64,000 nt of DNA from positions 1-64,000 of the IMG/VR virus record IMGVR_UViG_3300045988_104133. One strand, given 5' to 3'. Source of the DNA: a virus. The notes below the pieces were generated by a model. The model had not been told where the DNA came from, made no database searches, and saw only the letters and a list, made by a program, of their open reading frames with translations. Shown here in pieces: positions 33,390-43,374 of this stretch; within the stretch, counting starts at the first letter, position 1; each line of letters begins with the position of its first letter. A program made the position numbers and the translations under genes.

Positions 33390-36300
33390 CTAATTTAATG
33401 AATTAATATTCTTGTTATCTAATCTTTTCTTGTTGCAGTCTTCCTTATCTCCACTCAATCGCAGAACCTCTGATTCAAGGAAGACCACCCGAGCCTTCAA
33501 CCTGCTGACCTCATCGCCCACCTGCTCGATAGCACCGAATGCCGTTGCAATCAGCTTCGGAGACCAGTAGTTAATCTTGTAGTAGCCCTTCTCGTCAGTC
33601 TCCACGATGTCCTTTAAGTGAGGGTTGCACAAGACGTGTTGGGCAATCCAACCGATAGACCTTGTGTTGTCCTTCTTCCAAGCAAAGCTGAACGTGCCAC
33701 CCATCGCCTTGATGATACCCAAGTAGTCCAGCTTCCGCAAATCCTGCTTCAAGCGGATGTCAGAACTAGCATAAGCTGTAACTCCACCTTTAGCAAGAAT
33801 GCTATTAGGGAAGTAAGTATTCATATAAGCATCATAATCATATATATGACCAGTAGTACTAATTGTATATCTGTCACCATTATAGTTATATTTAGTTAAA
33901 GCTAAAGCTCTAATTTTAGCAACAATACCATTACGTAAAGCAGTATTATTACTAGGATGACTAAATACTAATCTCACATAACGATAATTATCATTACCAA
34001 CATTTACATTTAGAGGACCAACACAAATATCACATTTGTGTGACCATCCTTTCATTATTTTAGAAACATATTCTTTATAACCACCAGTACTACTTCCAAA
34101 ATATACTTGGCATTTTATATCAACTCCATTATTTACATCAACACTTATCCAACTAAGTTCTTGATATATTTCATCAGGAATCTTAACAGTAACCCTAAGT
34201 TGATTTTTCTTTATTTGAGCAAGTTTATCAGCCTCAGTATCACCAAGCAAATTATTAGACCCTAAATAATAATTAAATCCTCTAGCATTATCGTTTATAA
34301 GATTAAATCTATTTTCTGGATTACCAAAATATGTATTCCAAGTAGCACCATTATCCATTGAATATTCTACTTGTATATTATCTTGAGGAATACCATTAAA
34401 CATATTAGTAACATTAGCTGCAATACTACCATCCCAATTATTTACATTAGTACCAAAAGCATTTACATCAGCCGTGGTAGGCATTATACCTTTAGCTGTT
34501 AATAAATTATTAATATGAGTAGAACCATTAATAGTAGCAGTATTAATAATAGTTATATCTTTAAAAAGAGCATAACCACCTTGCATTATTTTCCAATTAT
34601 TACTATCTGCTTGACTACACATGTCTTGAACTTTCACCCAATTAGTATTATTACCATTACCTAAATATAAATCACCACCACTACCTCCAATTCTAGCTCC
34701 ACTATCAGGAGTTATAGTTGTAATACCTGGAAATTTAAGTGTACCATTACTTCTTTTATTAGAATAATAATTAAATACAGTTCCATCGGCTATACCTAAA
34801 TATATAGCATTAGCGACAGTATCATATTTGAGACCAGCCCAATCACTATACTCCCAGTTGGTTGCTCCAAAACGAATAGCAGCACCAGTATTAAATACTA
34901 CTTGGTCTTTTATAGCTGATATACGAGCATTAGCATTTACATTATTATTTAATATTATAGCTCCGTTTTCAGAATCACTATTATTTATGTATATTGTTCC
35001 GTTAACATTTCCAGTACCATCAAAACTTTGACCCCAAATACTTCTAGCAGTTCTGAGTTTAGTTGCAGAAGCTACATTGTCATGTAGAAAAGCAAGATAA
35101 CCAACTTGAGTTGCTGTAGTAGTATTTATACCATGCATTATTCTAATTCTTCCACTAGTTCCTATATCAAATCTAGTTCTCCAAGTAGAATAACCTTGTA
35201 TATTAATTATATCACCATAGCTTTCATGAAAATTATTATGTCCCTCATTAGTATGAGCCCAACCATAAACTCCAACTCCATCCTTAGTTACAGATGCATC
35301 TCCATACTCACCTCTATATCTAAGAAATGAACTTTCATGATAACCATCTACAGTATCTGCATTACCAGCACTACTAGCATAACCATTATGCAAAGCATTA
35401 TATAAACTATTTGCACCTTTTTGACTAAGACTTGTACCAGTAGAAGTTCCACTATAACTATCAGTAATTCCTCTCCAAGTATTTTGCCAAGTAGTAGAAA
35501 CACCATTGATAGTAATAGTTTGACCACTTACAGAACCAGTAACAAAGTTCTTGTCATTAGTAAGTTGACTAAGTTTAGTAAGATTACCTTTATGATAAAC
35601 TTCATATTCAGCATCATATTTACTAGTAGTTCTAACTACATTATTGCTAAAATATAATACTCCATTTACTGCACGAATACCATCATAGTTACCGTTACTT
35701 CTAAAAAATAGAATAGCTTCAGTAGGGGTCTCAGATACATCATTAGTATAAATGCTATTAACTCCAATAATATCGGAATTTCTCATATTTATACCCCATT
35801 GACCAGAACTATAATATCTATCATTAGCCATAGTAAGAACACTAACATCTTGATGACTAGTAAGATAACCTTGACTTTTAACCCAAGATTGCGTAGCATA
35901 CCCATTAAGAGATTGATGACTAGTAAGATAAGTTCCTAAATCTACAGCAGCACCACCAGTAGCTGCAATAGTTTTAGTAACACCGTTAATCTTTACACTA
36001 TGTGTATGACTAGTTGCCGACTTACCACTAAGAAGTGAATCTACACTACTTTTGGTATAATAGTTAGCAAGACTTTGGTGAGAAGTTAAAAATGTAGCAC
36101 CTTTAGTAAATGTAATGCCCTTTCCGCTTTTAGATACAGACGTGATAGCATTTCCACTTCCACTTACAGATATTGCATTAACGTAACCATCAAGTGACTG
36201 ATGATTAGTTAAGAACGTACTACCTTTAACTACGCTGATAGTAGTACCATCCTTGGTGACAGACGTAACCGCATTACCGCTGCCGCTGACAGAGATAGCA

Positions 36301-39300
36301 GTAGCACTACCACCTTCCAAGCTGGAAATACGAGAATCAAGAGCCTTGATGGAGTAGGCAGAGGCAATCTCACTCAGCGATTCTGATGTAAGCTTCAAGG
36401 CATTTGAATAACTCTTCACACTGCCGTTCAAGCCGCCACCACTGGATGAGGATGTCCCAACACCATAGGCAGAAACACCACCACTAGTATAGAGGTTTGC
36501 CACCTCGTTAGTCGTAGTGTTCGTAATCTTCAACGCCTTATTGGTTGCATCATACTCCATCTTTATGTTGCCGATGGAGATGTACTTTCCGTTAGGCACG
36601 ATGATACTTCCGTTAATATCGGCAGTACCGTTAAACGAGTTACCCCAAAGCTTGCGAGTATTCGTGAGCTGGAGAGCCTTTTTCGCTGAACCGTTTGTGA
36701 AGTAGCCTTGCAAGGTGGCGATACTCCCTTTGTTTGCGGATATGCCCGAAGCATTTACCCCTTCTGCCTTTTTCGCTCTTGTCACCTCATCAGAAATTGA
36801 CTTATTGATTCCGTCAACAATACCGCTCAAAGTATTCGTCTGCGCAATATTTGCGAGGAAGCTAACCACCTCGTTCCACTTATTGATAACGCCGTCCGCA
36901 GTCTCCTCGTCAGTAGTTATAAGGGCGTACCAGTCATAGGCACTATCCCAACAAGTTACCTTCGTTGATGTAATGCCGTCCAGTACAGACTTATTGCTAT
37001 GAGTATGCTTTGCTGATACCGCACCATCCCAAGCCGTCTGCTTTGCAGTAGTAGGAATAGAGTAACCCGAGGCAAGACTAATGGCAAACGTACCGCTTGT
37101 TGTGATAGTCTTAGTTGCGCACGTCAAACCAGTAGGAAGGGTAAGAGCTACAGATGTAACAGTACCCTTATTGGTAGTATAGCCCTTTGCATCAATCTCC
37201 GCTTTGGTATAATAGCTTGCGAGAGACTGATGAGCAGTCAGATACCCTTTATCATTGGTAAGCTGGCTTACCTTCGTGATGCGGTCAGTGATTTCTGTCC
37301 ACTTATGGGTATGCGCACTAGGTGTGAATGTTGATGGCTTACCCGTGATGTTATTCCAAGAAAGGCTCAGACCGCCAAGCTCTGATGCTATATTGTCAAT
37401 TCGGCTGCTGAGAGCCTTTATAGCATAGGCATTCGGAATGCTAGTCAAGTCCGCATCCGTATAGTTTCCCTCTATGATTCTCGCATAGCTGATTACGCTT
37501 GCAATCAAGCCGCCACCACCCGTGGTAGATGCTCCTGCTCCGTATGCCGTGATACCACCTGTGGTATAGAGATTGCCATCAATTTTGATAGCCTTGTTTT
37601 TGGAATCATACGTGAGCTTAATGCCATGGAAGGAGATTGCGCCTTCGAATGTAGCATCGCCCGATACGCCAAGTTTAGAGAATGGAGCGTTTGGCTTCAA
37701 AGACACAAGGTCGGCAACGCTCGTTCCTGCACTTCCTTCCTTCCAAGTCGGCTCGAAGAAGGTGAGGTATGCGCCAAGATTCTTCTCACTGATGATAAAC
37801 GATGTCGGGTCTGCGTGAACCTTTCCGCTCACATCCCACCAGATAGCACCATTGGCAAGATAACCCGAGCCATCGAAGCGGATGAGGGAGGTTGCAGGGG
37901 TAAGATTTCCGCTATTATAGTCCTTATCCACCATCTGACCGCCCCACCATGTTGCGATACTCTTCTTTCCTCTATTCGTGTCTATTGCTCCGTTGATACC
38001 GCTCTGAACGTTTCCGTCTCCGTCTCTCAGCGCAAGGAGCGTTGTCATTACAAGACCACCGTCAATATGTGTAGTCTGACCGAGCGCATCCTTGAGATAC
38101 TTGTAACCTGCGAGGTCTGTGATATTCTGCTTCAAGTCACCATATATCTTGCTAGTGATATAGGCGTTTGCCAAGCCAAGTTTGTCATAGAATGCGCTGT
38201 ATGCGGACTGGAAGTTGGTAAACTTCGTTCCCACGGCTGAGACGATAGCAGCCTTGCCGTTGGTATCAGCCTTATTGTAATTTGTAGATATATCTGAGAG
38301 ATACGTAACGAGTTCCGTCTTAGCAGTAGAGAGAGTAGTGAAAGCAGTATTAAGGTCGGTGAGTTCTTTTGTACTCTTTAACACCTCTGCTCCCTTCACT
38401 TCATTGTACGACTTCTCGGCAGCTGCGAAAGCATCTTCAAGTCGCTTGGAATCCTGCGCCATAGCCGCAATCTCAGAAGGCTCTAGATAGCCATCTGTAA
38501 CGTAGCTGTCGAAAGCCTTCTTGTTGGTGGTGACGGTAGTTCCTAATTTGCTGATGTCACCCTGCGCCTTTTCTGCCGCCTTCTGCGCTTTCTCCGCCGC
38601 TGCCTGGGCTGCGTTAGCAACGGTATCATCGGTGTATTTAGATGCTTTTATCCAATCACCGATTGCGAACTGAGAACCAGCACCCTTTGCAGTCTGGCAG
38701 CGCAATACCTCATTCTTATAGGTACTGCCGTCTGCTGGATAAGTCGCATTAACCCAAATGTCACCAACTTGGTATGGTGGGTTCGGCTGAGTGCTAAATA
38801 CCTTCATTTTGCCATCTGCCGTTTCCTGTGCCTTGCTTGCATCTGAAAGGGCTTTAGCGATGTCGGTATCTGTAATGATAGTCCACTTATAGGTGTTGCC
38901 ATCCTTGGCAAAGCGATATGCCTTGCCCGTCTTGTTGTCATAATAGAGGTCGCCCAAATGGGTATCTTTTTCCTTGTCTGTCGCCCAACTGCTGGCTGGA
39001 GCATTCTTCAAAGTAGGCACACCCTCATAGAACCACGTCTCGATAGCACCATCCACCTGATTCTGCAAGTCAGTAATAACCTGCGAGTTCTTGATGAGAT
39101 TGTTCACCTGCTCCTCTGTCAAGCCCTTTGCTGAGTTCTCCTTGATGTACTGAGACAATTCCTTGCCATCTACTGTGGATTTGGCTGAGATTTTGCCTTT
39201 AACAGATACCTGCTTGGCTGCGCTGTCATACTTGATGTAGCTACTACCCTCATAGCCATTCTCCTTAGTAGGTCGGTCTCCGAAGTACATATCACCATAG

Positions 39301-42284
39301 ACGTTGAAGAATGCCTTGTTATTCTTCTTATTTACACCATATTCCACGTACTCCCTATTGGCAAAGGAATAGCTGTTGATGCCGTGATAGAGGCTTATGG
39401 ATGGCGAATAGGTATCTACCGCCGAGAAGATAAGGCAGTTCTGACGTTCCACATCGGTTCTATTACCGCACTGGTTGAGCACATCACCTTTAGCAGGAAC
39501 ATCGCTTGCCGTAGCGCAATCGGTATCAGAGAGGTCGATGTAATGATATTTCTTTCCTTCCAACTCTACAGGGTCTTCATCACGACCGATTACCAATCGC
39601 CAATAGAAGTGATTGCCAGCCTTGTGATAAGTGCCCTTGCGAACATTGAATGATTCCGAGCGCACTTGGTCGCCAACAGCGAAATCATTATCCACGGCAT
39701 CGCCTTCCTGCTCTGCTAAGAAATAGCAACGATAAGCCTTCTGTGACACATTGTTATATGTCACAGTAACCTCTTCTACCTTATGAGCCACCACGCCACC
39801 AGCAGGAGAGATTATCTCCTTACCACCGATGGTGGATGTTTTATTGATGACCAGCTCCTCGAAGATAGCCTTCATTCTTACCTCCAAGTAATCTGTGATT
39901 AGGTGCGAACGACCTTCTGCGTCTGGAGTCCACGAGCCTCCACCGACAAGCAATCCCTGCAAGAACTTCTGCACCTTTTCCCAAGTGATAGTTCCTTTTG
40001 CGGTGTCATCGTTTATCTTTGAGATGAAGTGCTTACTTCCCTCTGTCGCAACCTGACTCTTGACCTGGGTAGTTGTCAAGCCTGCACCAGTTCCTCCATT
40101 TCCGCTTTGGAGCGACGAAATCTGCTGCTGAATCTTCTGGATAGTACCAACCTCTTTATCCTCACGAAGAGTTATGTCGTATGTCGGTATCTTGCCATCT
40201 TCTTCCTTGATTGTGAGCTGATCTATGGATATTACACCGCCAATTCTGAGGTCAGTATCCTCAAACTCCATCAAGTCTCCGGCTTTGAGCGTATCATGAA
40301 GACTCTTGATAACTCCTGTAGTATCCTTTTCAGCAAGATCATGCTGTCTTGCCATGAAAATCTCATCAACCTTAGGCTGATAGACGTACCTTGTGTAGTC
40401 GTTCTTGTCAATGAATGCTATGGCGTATTTAAGGAGTTTCAGAGACGCAGCATTGACATACGAATCAGGAAGTGTGATGTCGGTAAGAACGAAATGGTCG
40501 CCTTTCTTGATAGGGTAGTCCTTGTATGGAAACCAAAGCTCAAGAGCGTCGTCCTTTACTCTTTCAATAGTAAGCCTCCATCTTCCATCAATCTTGGTTG
40601 AGGATGCTACCTTGAATGTTCGTCCGCCACACATACCATCCTTCATCGAGATGGAGAAGTCGTCATCCTTTAAGTCGTTGATATCAAAGTCGATAGCCTT
40701 TTTAAGATAGATATCAACATTCTTTACGGTTTCATTATCGCCAAATCTTCCGTCATCATCAGGAGCCACACCCTCATCAATCTCATCAACACGTACGCCA
40801 CCGATTTCCATCTCTTCGATAGTAGGGTAGATTTCAATAACTCCATTTGTCTTATCATCTGTTTCAAAGAACTGCGATGCAGAACGAAGGCCAATCTGCT
40901 CGATGTTGATAGAATCGATGTATGGCCTGTGCGGATCTGTGGAGAATTTATGCTGTCTCCCGGTAGGATTCACGTACTTCTTCTCTTCATCCGTGAGTGT
41001 GTTATAGAAATCACTCAGCGATACATGAGGGAATCCAGGCAACATAAGTCTGTTGATGGACATGTTGTTCGGAAGATTCTTTGCGTACTCCTTCATGGAT
41101 GAAGGAACTGCCTTCTTGTTGAGACCGGACGTGATATACATCTTTGTATTTCCGGCCTTGACCTGCGCAATAAACGCATCAAGCTTCTCCTTTGATTCCT
41201 CATCTCCGGTGTCAGTCTGTGTTCCCTTCAGCTCAGAATAGAATCTACATTTTTTAGAGTCGTATGCCTGTGTTACATAACCGGTAATCTCAGTTTTGAA
41301 ATCAAATGTAACCTTAAGTACCCAACCGAGAGACTGCTCGCCAGTTTCCCCAGGAACAATATACTTTCTCGGATTCTTGAAATATGTTTCTATATAATCG
41401 AGGTCCAGTTCAAGTGTAACATTCGTGCTGGCCCCGACGACTTTCGTGATGTTCGCCACATACTTGACACCGAGGTCCGCATAGTAGTGAGAAGGAAGAT
41501 TCTTCTCGGAACCATATGCTCTTAGTCTTGTAACGACACTCTGATCGGAATCAGCGTTCTGAACAATCTCATAGAGTCCATTGCCGAGTCCGTACTTGAA
41601 GATATGATTAGCCTGTATTCCGGTAGTACCGACATAGATGTTTCTCCCTCTGACGATGAAGTTTATGTCCCACTTCTCGTTCACAAGCGCAAGGGCTTGC
41701 CAACAGGTCTGCGAATCCACTGTAATAGACATCGATTCGATGACGTTATCGTCGGTTTTCTCACCATAAACCGACAACCACTCACTTTCGAGGGCTCCAC
41801 GCTGCACGGAACGCTCCTTGTTTCGGGAGTAAATCTTCCAAAGACCTGCACCAATCTGCTCGTTTAAGCATGCCTGGATTCTGTCGAGCAAATCATCCAA
41901 AGTCTGTACATAGAATGGAAATTTCGGTAGGGAAGTGTAGTGAAGCTCGTTATCGTTCAATACCACATCGAGGAACTCTGCCCTGGCAAGCTCATCCTGC
42001 AATGCATTGAACTTTACGCTGTCATATACGAAGCCCTCTCCATATGTGTCGGGTCTGGCCTGCTTATCCTTGCCCGGCTCGTAGTTGAGCTCAAACCGCT
42101 CGCCACGATAGACAATATAGTCGCCTATCTGAAAGTTGATAGGCACTTCATGCTTGAAATTGATAGTCACGAAGCACTCACCCATCCAAGAATCGGAGTA
42201 TTCCAATCCATGAACGGTTATCTGCTCTCCGTTAACGTCTGTCAGCTTCGAGCCATCCTTATGATAAATATTCCAAGTACTCAT
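33390..42284 (-). CDS. Giant tail fibre / tail-associated host-specificity protein with C-terminal S74 intramolecular-chaperone domain
   Basis: 2964 aa. The N-terminus resembles siphovirus Tal/minor structural proteins. It carries repeated (Y/F)LT(A/S/N)HQSL and SGSGNA(V/I)TSV modules. The C-terminus SSDIRLKQDL...IGWIAQHV...YWSPKLIATAFGAIEQ...LESEV is the S74 signature. Confidence 0.85.
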   Translation of the reverse strand: MSTWNIYHKDGSKLTDVNGEQITVHGLEYSDSWMGECFVTINFKHEVPINFQIGDYIVYRGERFELNYEPGKDKQARPDTYGEGFVYDSVKFNALQDELARAEFLDVVLNDNELHYTSLPKFPFYVQTLDDLLDRIQACLNEQIGAGLWKIYSRNKERSVQRGALESEWLSVYGEKTDDNVIESMSITVDSQTCWQALALVNEKWDINFIVRGRNIYVGTTGIQANHIFKYGLGNGLYEIVQNADSDQSVVTRLRAYGSEKNLPSHYYADLGVKYVANITKVVGASTNVTLELDLDYIETYFKNPRKYIVPGETGEQSLGWVLKVTFDFKTEITGYVTQAYDSKKCRFYSELKGTQTDTGDEESKEKLDAFIAQVKAGNTKMYITSGLNKKAVPSSMKEYAKNLPNNMSINRLMLPGFPHVSLSDFYNTLTDEEKKYVNPTGRQHKFSTDPHRPYIDSINIEQIGLRSASQFFETDDKTNGVIEIYPTIEEMEIGGVRVDEIDEGVAPDDDGRFGDNETVKNVDIYLKKAIDFDINDLKDDDFSISMKDGMCGGRTFKVASSTKIDGRWRLTIERVKDDALELWFPYKDYPIKKGDHFVLTDITLPDSYVNAASLKLLKYAIAFIDKNDYTRYVYQPKVDEIFMARQHDLAEKDTTGVIKSLHDTLKAGDLMEFEDTDLRIGGVISIDQLTIKEEDGKIPTYDITLREDKEVGTIQKIQQQISSLQSGNGGTGAGLTTTQVKSQVATEGSKHFISKINDDTAKGTITWEKVQKFLQGLLVGGGSWTPDAEGRSHLITDYLEVRMKAIFEELVINKTSTIGGKEIISPAGGVVAHKVEEVTVTYNNVSQKAYRCYFLAEQEGDAVDNDFAVGDQVRSESFNVRKGTYHKAGNHFYWRLVIGRDEDPVELEGKKYHYIDLSDTDCATASDVPAKGDVLNQCGNRTDVERQNCLIFSAVDTYSPSISLYHGINSYSFANREYVEYGVNKKNNKAFFNVYGDMYFGDRPTKENGYEGSSYIKYDSAAKQVSVKGKISAKSTVDGKELSQYIKENSAKGLTEEQVNNLIKNSQVITDLQNQVDGAIETWFYEGVPTLKNAPASSWATDKEKDTHLGDLYYDNKTGKAYRFAKDGNTYKWTIITDTDIAKALSDASKAQETADGKMKVFSTQPNPPYQVGDIWVNATYPADGSTYKNEVLRCQTAKGAGSQFAIGDWIKASKYTDDTVANAAQAAAEKAQKAAEKAQGDISKLGTTVTTNKKAFDSYVTDGYLEPSEIAAMAQDSKRLEDAFAAAEKSYNEVKGAEVLKSTKELTDLNTAFTTLSTAKTELVTYLSDISTNYNKADTNGKAAIVSAVGTKFTNFQSAYSAFYDKLGLANAYITSKIYGDLKQNITDLAGYKYLKDALGQTTHIDGGLVMTTLLALRDGDGNVQSGINGAIDTNRGKKSIATWWGGQMVDKDYNSGNLTPATSLIRFDGSGYLANGAIWWDVSGKVHADPTSFIISEKNLGAYLTFFEPTWKEGSAGTSVADLVSLKPNAPFSKLGVSGDATFEGAISFHGIKLTYDSKNKAIKIDGNLYTTGGITAYGAGASTTGGGGLIASVISYARIIEGNYTDADLTSIPNAYAIKALSSRIDNIASELGGLSLSWNNITGKPSTFTPSAHTHKWTEITDRITKVSQLTNDKGYLTAHQSLASYYTKAEIDAKGYTTNKGTVTSVALTLPTGLTCATKTITTSGTFAISLASGYSIPTTAKQTAWDGAVSAKHTHSNKSVLDGITSTKVTCWDSAYDWYALITTDEETADGVINKWNEVVSFLANIAQTNTLSGIVDGINKSISDEVTRAKKAEGVNASGISANKGSIATLQGYFTNGSAKKALQLTNTRKLWGNSFNGTADINGSIIVPNGKYISIGNIKMEYDATNKALKITNTTTNEVANLYTSGGVSAYGVGTSSSSGGGLNGSVKSYSNALKLTSESLSEIASAYSIKALDSRISSLEGGSATAISVSGSGNAVTSVTKDGTTISVVKGSTFLTNHQSLDGYVNAISVSGSGNAITSVSKSGKGITFTKGATFLTSHQSLANYYTKSSVDSLLSGKSATSHTHSVKINGVTKTIAATGGAAVDLGTYLTSHQSLNGYATQSWVKSQGYLTSHQDVSVLTMANDRYYSSGQWGINMRNSDIIGVNSIYTNDVSETPTEAILFFRSNGNYDGIRAVNGVLYFSNNVVRTTSKYDAEYEVYHKGNLTKLSQLTNDKNFVTGSVSGQTITINGVSTTWQNTWRGITDSYSGTSTGTSLSQKGANSLYNALHNGYASSAGNADTVDGYHESSFLRYRGEYGDASVTKDGVGVYGWAHTNEGHNNFHESYGDIINIQGYSTWRTRFDIGTSGRIRIMHGINTTTATQVGYLAFLHDNVASATKLRTARSIWGQSFDGTGNVNGTIYINNSDSENGAIILNNNVNANARISAIKDQVVFNTGAAIRFGATNWEYSDWAGLKYDTVANAIYLGIADGTVFNYYSNKRSNGTLKFPGITTITPDSGARIGGSGGDLYLGNGNNTNWVKVQDMCSQADSNNWKIMQGGYALFKDITIINTATINGSTHINNLLTAKGIMPTTADVNAFGTNVNNWDGSIAANVTNMFNGIPQDNIQVEYSMDNGATWNTYFGNPENRFNLINDNARGFNYYLGSNNLLGDTEADKLAQIKKNQLRVTVKIPDEIYQELSWISVDVNNGVDIKCQVYFGSSTGGYKEYVSKIMKGWSHKCDICVGPLNVNVGNDNYRYVRLVFSHPSNNTALRNGIVAKIRALALTKYNYNGDRYTISTTGHIYDYDAYMNTYFPNSILAKGGVTAYASSDIRLKQDLRKLDYLGIIKAMGGTFSFAWKKDNTRSIGWIAQHVLCNPHLKDIVETDEKGYYKINYWSPKLIATAFGAIEQVGDEVSRLKARVVFLESEVLRLSGDKEDCNKKRLDNKNINSLN

Positions 42285-42290
42285 GTGTCT

Positions 42291-42779
42291 TTATCCTAAA
42301 TTTGAAATACTGCCCTGTGCGTCCATGATTGGCTTTATGTTAGTAACAGGGTCGTTAAACTTGAAAGTGATAGAGAGAACTAGCAAGTCCTCGTTATCCG
42401 GATCTCTATATAGGTTTGGATCAATATCCTTAAGTCTTACATGCTGTCTTCCGATTCTATTGAAGCCGCAATACATCTTCATCATGCCTGACTTGCGGAT
42501 GTAATCAATAAAAGCCTTACATTTCTCGTTAGCGCCGAAAGCCTCGCCGTGGAACATAAACTTAACCTTATTCTCGTAGGCCGCCATATAGAGACCATCC
42601 TTTCCGATATATTCGTCATCACCATGCTCATCGTGCCAATCCCTTTTCGCTGGTTCCTTGACAGAATCACAAGGCTTGAACGGGTTCTCGCTAACGTACA
42701 TACCGAAGTCGGCGATGGAGTCCTTCACCTCGTTCCCATCGCCTTCCTTCTGCATGTATATCCTGAAATAATCTTTCAT
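42291..42779 (-). CDS. Distal tail protein (Dit)-like (start possibly 42755)
   Basis: DFGMYVSENPFKP...KRDWHDEHGDDEY...YENKVKFMFHG fits the Sipho_tail pattern. Immediately upstream of the Tal/fibre gene. Confidence 0.5.
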   Translation of the reverse strand: MKDYFRIYMQKEGDGNEVKDSIADFGMYVSENPFKPCDSVKEPAKRDWHDEHGDDEYIGKDGLYMAAYENKVKFMFHGEAFGANEKCKAFIDYIRKSGMMKMYCGFNRIGRQHVRLKDIDPNLYRDPDNEDLLVLSITFKFNDPVTNIKPIMDAQGSISNLG

Positions 42780-42803
42780 ACCTAAATCAACTATTTATAA
42801 ATG

Positions 42804-42811
42804 CAAATATA
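42804..42811 (-). promoter_or_regulatory. Minus-strand -7 box TAtaTTTG inside the tail module
   Basis: Plus strand reads CAAATATA, about 25 nt upstream of the start at 42779. Confidence 0.4.
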
Positions 42812-42856
42812 CAAAATATTGCATAAATTTGCAAGTAATACACGTATAAATATGCG

Positions 42857-43372
42857 TTAATTGAACTTAAAATCGTGTCTATCCCTGATATTGACTGTTC
42901 CGGTAGCTTTCACGACTGTTCCTCCGTATTGGTAGACGAAGCACTTTGCGGTATCTTCGCATTCAACATGAAGCTCTGCACCATCTAACAGATTGACAAA
43001 CACCCTGGAGAATCCCTTAACCTTCAGGTAAAGTGAAGAGTTGTGCCTTACGTATATCTCTCCACTGTCCATCCAGTCATAGTTGATATTTGCTACACAC
43101 TCTCCATTGAGGATGACAACCTTCGGATTTTGCAGGTCAACGTTCTCGTCAACATAAACACCATGATCGTGAATGACATCACCAAAGTACTTCTTCATAT
43201 CTTTGGTCGAAGGCCAGTTCTTCCCGATACAGAAGTCGATACCCTTAACAAACTTCTCGACCATCTCATGCTTGGATGAGTTGTCGTGCCACTCGGCGGT
43301 CCACTGAGCGCAAAGACCCAGTGAAACTGCCTCGTTTTTCATTCTGTCTGATAAATTTCTTTTTTCAAACAT
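42857..43372 (-). CDS. Hypothetical protein inserted between tape measure and Dit
   Basis: 171-aa ORF. No structural-protein motif recognised. Confidence 0.5.
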   Translation of the reverse strand: MFEKRNLSDRMKNEAVSLGLCAQWTAEWHDNSSKHEMVEKFVKGIDFCIGKNWPSTKDMKKYFGDVIHDHGVYVDENVDLQNPKVVILNGECVANINYDWMDSGEIYVRHNSSLYLKVKGFSRVFVNLLDGAELHVECEDTAKCFVYQYGGTVVKATGTVNIRDRHDFKFN

Positions 43373-43374
43373 AA

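Noticed and set aside
35850-37245. Diversity-generating retroelement targeting the fibre repeats
   Set aside because: No reverse transcriptase or template-repeat copy is present anywhere in the window. The repeats are in-frame protein modules.
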